From the NCBI GenBank assembly GCA_964346295.1, contig CAYFUG010000004.1, positions 532-64,531 on the forward strand: a stretch of DNA of 64,000 nt. Direction: 5' to 3'. This DNA comes from an uncultured Bdellovibrionales bacterium. GTDB lineage: Bacteria; Patescibacteriota; Minisyncoccia; Moranbacterales; DUUL01. Numbering within the stretch: position 1 is the first letter of the stretch; every line of letters starts with the position of its first letter. The translations under genes were made by a program, and so were the position numbers. Below are positions 59,240 through 64,000 of the stretch, in pieces. The notes beneath the pieces were generated by a model that was not told the DNA's origin, searched no databases, and was given only the letters and a program-made list of their open reading frames with translations.

Positions 59240-59285
59240 GGGCTCTCAAAGCAGAGCCTAGGTTCTTTGAAAACTTAGAAATCAG
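59240..59285 (+). promoter_or_regulatory. boxB-like hairpin plus boxA-like antiterminator
   Basis: GGGCTCTcaaagcAGAGCC hairpin, then gttctttgaaaacttagaaatcag. Confidence 0.55.
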
Positions 59286-59420
59286 TTACTTCGAGATTCT
59301 TACTTGGAAATTGATAAAGAGGGTAGTTATCAGTCTTTTGAGGCTCTAAATTGCAAAATTTGGGGCTTGAGATGACTGATAACTTATTTTTTATTTTCTT
59401 TTATCAACAAGGAGGATATC

Positions 59421-60554
59421 ATGAAAAAAATTTTTTTATACAGTCCGGGCGCGGATCTGCTCCTTTCCTGGGGCGCTCATTTGATCGAACGGCCTGATCT
59501 GTCAATCGAACGGGACATGCTCGCGGGCGCGATCAGCGAATGGAACCGGAACGAATTGCTGGCGGATTTCCTGGAATCCTGGCCGACCATGCTGGAAGAC
59601 GCCAACAAGGCGCAAGCGTTTTTTGAAGCTCGTCCCGTCATTCCCAATGATTTCACCGATCCTGACTGGAATGAGGCCATTGACGCCCTGCGGGCGTTCG
59701 ACCAGGTCGTTCATCTGTGGGTCGCGGTCGAAGACTTGTTCAGTGACAACGCGCCGGAAGTCATCGACGAACTGGAAGGCCGTTGTTACGACATTTCCGA
59801 ATGGCTTGACAACGCCGAATCGTTTACCAGCCTTCGTCTGGCCCCCTTGAACGAATGGCGGAAAAACCGGATTGAACGCGTCGAAGCGTCTTCCCGGTTC
59901 CTGTTTCCCTGGCTTGCCGATATGGCATGGGCCCCCGCCGACGCGCTGGAACAGCTTGAAGCCCATTGGAACGCGGTTCGGGAAAAAGGCGTTGGCGGCC
60001 TTTCATTTATCGCCGAGCCGGACCGCCTCATTTTCTGGGATTATTTAAAACGCGACATCGGGCTTCAGCAGGAAATGGAAAACCGCCGGCGGCTGGACAT
60101 CGCCATCGCCGACGCCGTGGATCAGAGCCTTCCGCTTCAACTGTTGCGGGTATACGAGAAGCATGTGCAAATATCCGACGTGCCGGAACACGTCCTTCGC
60201 CATGGACTGGCCAACGCGGCCTGCGCCGCCCTGACGGGCGACCGGCATGACGAAGCGTCCCATGAAGACCTGGGCCCCGCCCTGGAAGCGGCCATGGCGC
60301 AAAACGCTCCCATCGAGCGCGTGCTGACGACCGCCCTTTGCGGCCCCTTTCTTACCGACGCCCAGCGGCTTGCCGCGTTCAAGCGGGCCGCGATGAAGCT
60401 GGAAAAAGACGTCTCGGTGGGCGGTTTGGAGGGAATCTTCACCCAGGTGGACCTATGGATGAAAAACGAACTGACGGACGGCGATTTTGCCGACGCGATG
60501 ATGGCCGCCTGGGACCGGATGGCGGAAAACGCCATGAAAGGAGGTGATAACTGA
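59421..60554 (+). CDS. hypothetical protein, GC-rich (377 aa)
   Basis: RBS AAGGAGG, 6 nt, then ATG. About 60% GC. Balanced amino-acid composition. The antisense and alternate-frame ORFs are treated as GC artefacts. Confidence 0.55.
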   Translation: MKKIFLYSPGADLLLSWGAHLIERPDLSIERDMLAGAISEWNRNELLADFLESWPTMLEDANKAQAFFEARPVIPNDFTDPDWNEAIDALRAFDQVVHLWVAVEDLFSDNAPEVIDELEGRCYDISEWLDNAESFTSLRLAPLNEWRKNRIERVEASSRFLFPWLADMAWAPADALEQLEAHWNAVREKGVGGLSFIAEPDRLIFWDYLKRDIGLQQEMENRRRLDIAIADAVDQSLPLQLLRVYEKHVQISDVPEHVLRHGLANAACAALTGDRHDEASHEDLGPALEAAMAQNAPIERVLTTALCGPFLTDAQRLAAFKRAAMKLEKDVSVGGLEGIFTQVDLWMKNELTDGDFADAMMAAWDRMAENAMKGGDN

Positions 60555-60671
60555 TTTCTAGTGGTTCTTTTCGGATCAGGCTCGCAATGCGCGCTTGGTC
60601 CGGAATTCTGAGCTTGTCTGGAGCAATTTGATTGCTTTAGGCAAGTTGAGAATTCTTGAGTGATATTTTTT

Positions 60672-60708
60672 CAAACCTGGCAGATCTAAAGATAGGCCAG
60701 GTTTTTTG
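60672..60708 (+). terminator. rho-independent terminator
   Basis: ACCTGGC-agatctaaagatag-GCCAGGT followed by TTTTTT. Confidence 0.7.
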
Positions 60709-60813
60709 ATGGTGCTCAATTTCCCTGTCTCCCTTTGCAAAAAAAAGGGGGAGCTGGGAAATTGTTTTTTGTTTAGCTAACTGTTAAAATTAGGCTATCA
60801 ATTTCTATCAACT

Positions 60814-61050
60814 CTAGGAAGATCTTAAAAAATAAAAACTAATGTTGGGCGAAAAAATTATCGATAAAAAAAGATTTGATTCTCGTTTTTTATCCTCATG
60901 AGTGTACTTCATTGCGTCTCCTCGTTGTTCAATGATCTTGTCAATTTGCTTTTCTGATAGCTCCGGATCATCGTTTCCAGTGAATTTTGCCATCATCATT
61001 TGAAGTCTCCGCTCCTCTGTTTTTTCAGATTTTTCCAATTCCTTGCTCAT
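60814..61050 (-). CDS. small hypothetical protein (78 aa)
   Basis: Overlaps the upstream small gene by 4 nt (ATGA-type coupling). Confidence 0.35.
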   Translation of the reverse strand: MSKELEKSEKTEERRLQMMMAKFTGNDDPELSEKQIDKIIEQRGDAMKYTHEDKKRESNLFLSIIFSPNISFYFLRSS

Positions 61051-61298
61051 TGCGTTGTTTTTTGAAGGTAATTAAGCAAAAAAACGCTCCCTTTGGATTT
61101 TCTTGAGTCTTCTTCTTTTTCAAAGTAATAATCTAAAGAATCCCTCAATTCCTTTTTCAGTAAGATAGAAATCAAAAAACGAGCCTCTCTTGAAGTGATT
61201 AAACTTTCCTTTTTCGCTTCAACGATTCTATCAATTTTTAAGTCAAGTTCGTCGGAGTAGTTGTTCTTGGGACGGATTGTGATGCTAGTAGTATTCAT
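61047..61298 (-). CDS. small protein with ribbon-helix-helix-like N-terminus (CopG/antitoxin-like)
   Basis: TSITIRPKNNYSDELDLKIDRIVEAKKESLITSREARFLISIL fits the beta-alpha-alpha pattern of RHH proteins. Confidence 0.35.
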   Translation of the reverse strand: MNTTSITIRPKNNYSDELDLKIDRIVEAKKESLITSREARFLISILLKKELRDSLDYYFEKEEDSRKSKGSVFLLNYLQKTTQ

Positions 61299-61521
61299 TA
61301 GATTGATTTTATCTTTATGGTTTCATTTTAACTCAATTAGAGAAAAAATCAAGAAAGCAATTGAGGCAGTTAATCCTGAAGCTCCCTTCTTTAGAGATTT
61401 TTTTGTGAAAAATTTACCAGTTGCGAGAGTTGGAAAATCTTGTAAACTGAAAATGTAGTTAGCAGATTTTAATTTCCTTATCTATTCCAAACAGGCTCTA
61501 AGCCACTATTCAGATTATGTT

Positions 61522-62046
61522 ATGGGCAAGATCATTTTTTTCTTTTTATTTCTCACTTTTTTTGTCGAGTTCTCTCTTTTGGCAGCTTTTCCGGGGGATT
61601 TTTTTGCGGGAGCCGGTTTTTTCGCAGTTTTTTTGCTGGCAGTAACTCTCAAGCGAGATGAGGAGGAAAGTCTATTTTGGGCTATTTCCGGAGGTATTTT
61701 CTTGGATTATTTCTCGTCTTTGCCCTGGGGAACTAATGCCTTGGCTTTTGGATCAATAGTTTTTTTGGCTGCTTTAGTAAAACAGAAGTTGCTTTCTCAG
61801 GACCAGCGCTTTTATCAAGCTTTTGTCTTGGTGCTGGTCTTGGAGATCATCTTTTCAATCCTGATTCTTTTGTGGGGTAATTTTTTATCGTTAATCACGG
61901 GAGAGGGTTGGTTATGGCTAGGTTCTTCGGCGGGAAGTTACTTAATTTCGCAGGTGTTTTTTGCTCTTTGGGGAGGATTTTTCTACAAGATACTGTGGCT
62001 GGGAGAGAGTTATTTGGAGAAGAAAGAGAGACGGTTGATTGTCTAA
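61522..62046 (+). CDS. mreD: rod shape-determining protein MreD-like membrane protein
   Basis: 174 aa, 5 TM segments. Lies between mreC and the PBP2 gene. Confidence 0.55.
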   Translation: MGKIIFFFLFLTFFVEFSLLAAFPGDFFAGAGFFAVFLLAVTLKRDEEESLFWAISGGIFLDYFSSLPWGTNALAFGSIVFLAALVKQKLLSQDQRFYQAFVLVLVLEIIFSILILLWGNFLSLITGEGWLWLGSSAGSYLISQVFFALWGGFFYKILWLGESYLEKKERRLIV

Positions 62047-62142
62047 GACAGTCCCCAAGAAAGCTTCCGAGACAGCTTTCAGAAAAGTTTTCCAGGAATA
62101 TTTTTTAGATAGATTTTGAAATTGAAAATTAGCTCTTTTATC

Positions 62143-64000
62143 ATGGGTTTATTTAAAAAACACAAAAAAATAGCGAACTTTGAGATCGATAATCCCTTAG
62201 GCTACTCTCGCCGGAAGAGTGGCTTAGGGGAGGCGGAAGAGTCAGATAAGGATTCAGCCTCTCTTAATCGTGGGATAGCTTGGCTAATAATGGCCGGTTT
62301 TTTCGCATTGCTATTTGGCAGGGTTTTTTATCTGCAAATAATATCCGGGGAGCATTATAGGGAGATAGCTAGGGAAAATCGAATTCAATCCAAGGTGATT
62401 CCAGCCTTGAGGGGATTGATTAAGGATCAAGAGGGAGTGGCTTTAGTGCAAAATAAACCTGGATTTGATGCGGTAGTGATTCCGGCCTTACTCCCTAAGG
62501 AAGAAAAGGAATTAGAAAAAGGCATGGAGATATTTTCTCAAATGGTTGATATAAGCAAGGAAGAGTTGCGAGTTCAGGTTAAACAATATCGACCCTATGA
62601 TCAGAACATGCATTTAATTGAGGAAGGAATCTCAGAAGAGAAAGCCTTAGCAATTGCCGAAAAACAAGGGGAGTTTCCAGGGTTCGAAGTGGCGAACTTT
62701 GCTAAGCGCTATTATCCGCGAGGACCGGCTTATGCTCATATTTTGGGGTACGAAGGGAAAGTTAATCAGGAGGAGTTGGACTTAAATCCTGGCTATCTCT
62801 CAACTGATAATATCGGAAAGAGTGGCTTAGAGTATACTTATGAGCAATACTTAAAGGGAGAGCACGGAGAGTATCAATTCGAGGTAGATTCTCAGGGGCG
62901 TTTAAAAAAAGAATTAGGAGAGGATCCTCCAATTCCCGGGAGTGATCTAGTTTTGCATTTGGATAGTCAATTGCAAGAGATGATTTATCAAGAGTTATCC
63001 TTGGTAATGGAGGAAAATCCAGATGCTACTGGAGCCACGGCAATCGCAATCGACCCTCGGAATGGAGGAGTACGGGCACTGGTAAGTGTTCCTTCTTTTG
63101 ATAACAATCTTTTTTCTGGAGGAATAGGGCAGGAGGATTACAATAAGTTATTGCATAATCCTAACCGCCCACTCTTTAATCGGGCAGTGAGCGGAGAGTA
63201 TCCTCCGGGCTCCACTTTTAAGCCGGTGGTAGCCCTGGCAGCCTTAAATGAAGGTACTGTTAGCGAAAACCTCATTCTCCAATGCAAAGGAGGGATTAAA
63301 GTAGGAGAGTGGTATTTTCCAGATTGGAAAACCCATGGCCCGACCGATATCAAAAAGGCGATTGCTGAGAGTTGTAATGTATATTTTTATGCTATAGGAG
63401 GAGGTTGGGGAGATGTTCCAGCCTTGGGAGTTGATCGAATTAACAAATATGCCAAGGGGTATGGATTCGGAGAAATTTTAGGTATTGATTTGCCCGGAGA
63501 AAAGGGGGGGCTAGTGCCGAACGATGCTTGGAAGCAGCGTCGATTTGGGGAGAGTTGGTATGTGGGAGATAGTTATCATATTTCGATTGGCCAGGGTTAT
63601 TTTTTAGCCACTCCTCTTCAGGTGGCTAACATGACAGCAGCAGTGGCTAACGGGGGTACTTTATATCGACCTCAGTTAGTAGACAAGATAGTAAATGCGG
63701 AGACCAGACAGGAAAAACAGCTGTCCTCTGTGGTGTTGGGCAAGGAAATAGTTTCTCCGGAGGCAATGCGAACAGTGCGGGAGGGCATGAGAGACACCGT
63801 GATAACGAAACATGGAAGCGGATGGCCCCTTAAGGAGTTGAAAGTGACTAGTGCTGGGAAAACTGGGACGGCTCAATTTGGAAATGAAGATAAGACTCAC
63901 TCTTGGTATACTTCTTTTGCGCCTTATGAGAACCCGGAACTGGCGATGGTGGTGTTAGTTGAATCAGGAGGAGGAGCTTTTGATTGGGCGGTTCCAGTTA
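62143..64000 (+). CDS. mrdA: penicillin-binding protein 2 (3' partial; not in the supplied ORF track)
   Basis: ATG at 62143, frame open to the window end. N-terminal TM segment. SxxK GSTFKP, SxN AESCNVYFY, and KTGTAQ motifs. Confidence 0.85.
   Translation, partial: MGLFKKHKKIANFEIDNPLGYSRRKSGLGEAEESDKDSASLNRGIAWLIMAGFFALLFGRVFYLQIISGEHYREIARENRIQSKVIPALRGLIKDQEGVALVQNKPGFDAVVIPALLPKEEKELEKGMEIFSQMVDISKEELRVQVKQYRPYDQNMHLIEEGISEEKALAIAEKQGEFPGFEVANFAKRYYPRGPAYAHILGYEGKVNQEELDLNPGYLSTDNIGKSGLEYTYEQYLKGEHGEYQFEVDSQGRLKKELGEDPPIPGSDLVLHLDSQLQEMIYQELSLVMEENPDATGATAIAIDPRNGGVRALVSVPSFDNNLFSGGIGQEDYNKLLHNPNRPLFNRAVSGEYPPGSTFKPVVALAALNEGTVSENLILQCKGGIKVGEWYFPDWKTHGPTDIKKAIAESCNVYFYAIGGGWGDVPALGVDRINKYAKGYGFGEILGIDLPGEKGGLVPNDAWKQRRFGESWYVGDSYHISIGQGYFLATPLQVANMTAAVANGGTLYRPQLVDKIVNAETRQEKQLSSVVLGKEIVSPEAMRTVREGMRDTVITKHGSGWPLKELKVTSAGKTGTAQFGNEDKTHSWYTSFAPYENPELAMVVLVESGGGAFDWAVPV

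Noticed and set aside
59477-60547. Overlapping ORFs in GC island 3 on both strands
   Set aside because: GC-driven spurious ORFs with Arg/Pro/Ala-rich translations.
1-64000. CRISPR arrays, tRNA genes, tmRNA, SRP RNA
   Set aside because: No regularly spaced short repeats were found. No GGTTCGAATCC-type T-loops with an acceptor context were seen. No SRP or tmRNA signature motifs were recognised by eye. An Infernal scan would be needed to be sure.

Overview
This is an AT-rich, compact segment, estimated by eye at about 40% GC. Its gene content looks like a Candidate Phyla Radiation (CPR) or Patescibacteria-type genome.

Recognisable housekeeping genes:
- gyrA, ispG and mnmA;
- secD, which carries an embedded PpiC (parvulin) domain;
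- mreC, mreD and a PBP2 gene (mrdA);
- a NuoF-like flavoprotein, a U32 peptidase, a ZIP transporter and an SNF2 helicase;
- GT4 and GT39 glycosyltransferases and a nucleotide-sugar dehydrogenase;
- SpoU and GNAT enzymes;
- three paralogous AAA+/DUF4143 ATPases and three TrmB-like HTH regulators;
- an RNase P RNA gene.
Many large hypothetical proteins are also present.

Three islands of about 60% GC (about 9.0-11.3 kb, 28.8-32.6 kb and 59.1-60.7 kb) hold protein-coding genes of unknown function. Each island is driven by the same strong sigma70-type promoter (TTGACA-N17-TGcTACAAT). In each, the promoter sits inside a TTGACAA/TTGTCAA palindrome. It is followed by a conserved leader that carries an rRNA-operon-like boxB hairpin plus boxA antiterminator motif (gTTCTTTGAAAACTcAGAAATCAG). 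Two of the three islands have a divergently transcribed TrmB-like regulator. One island lies between mreC and mreD. These islands are the most unusual content in the window.

A dispersed repeat family of about 200 bp sits at many gene 3' ends. It often supplies the stop codon (a ...SKF-stop ending). It has also inserted in-frame twice inside mnmA.

The window also contains:
- a MITE-like element with 21-bp TIRs;
- a perfect 27-bp-arm palindrome;
- 132-bp direct repeats flanking one gene;
- a tandem duplication spanning a start codon.

No CRISPR array, rRNA gene or tRNA gene was recognised.
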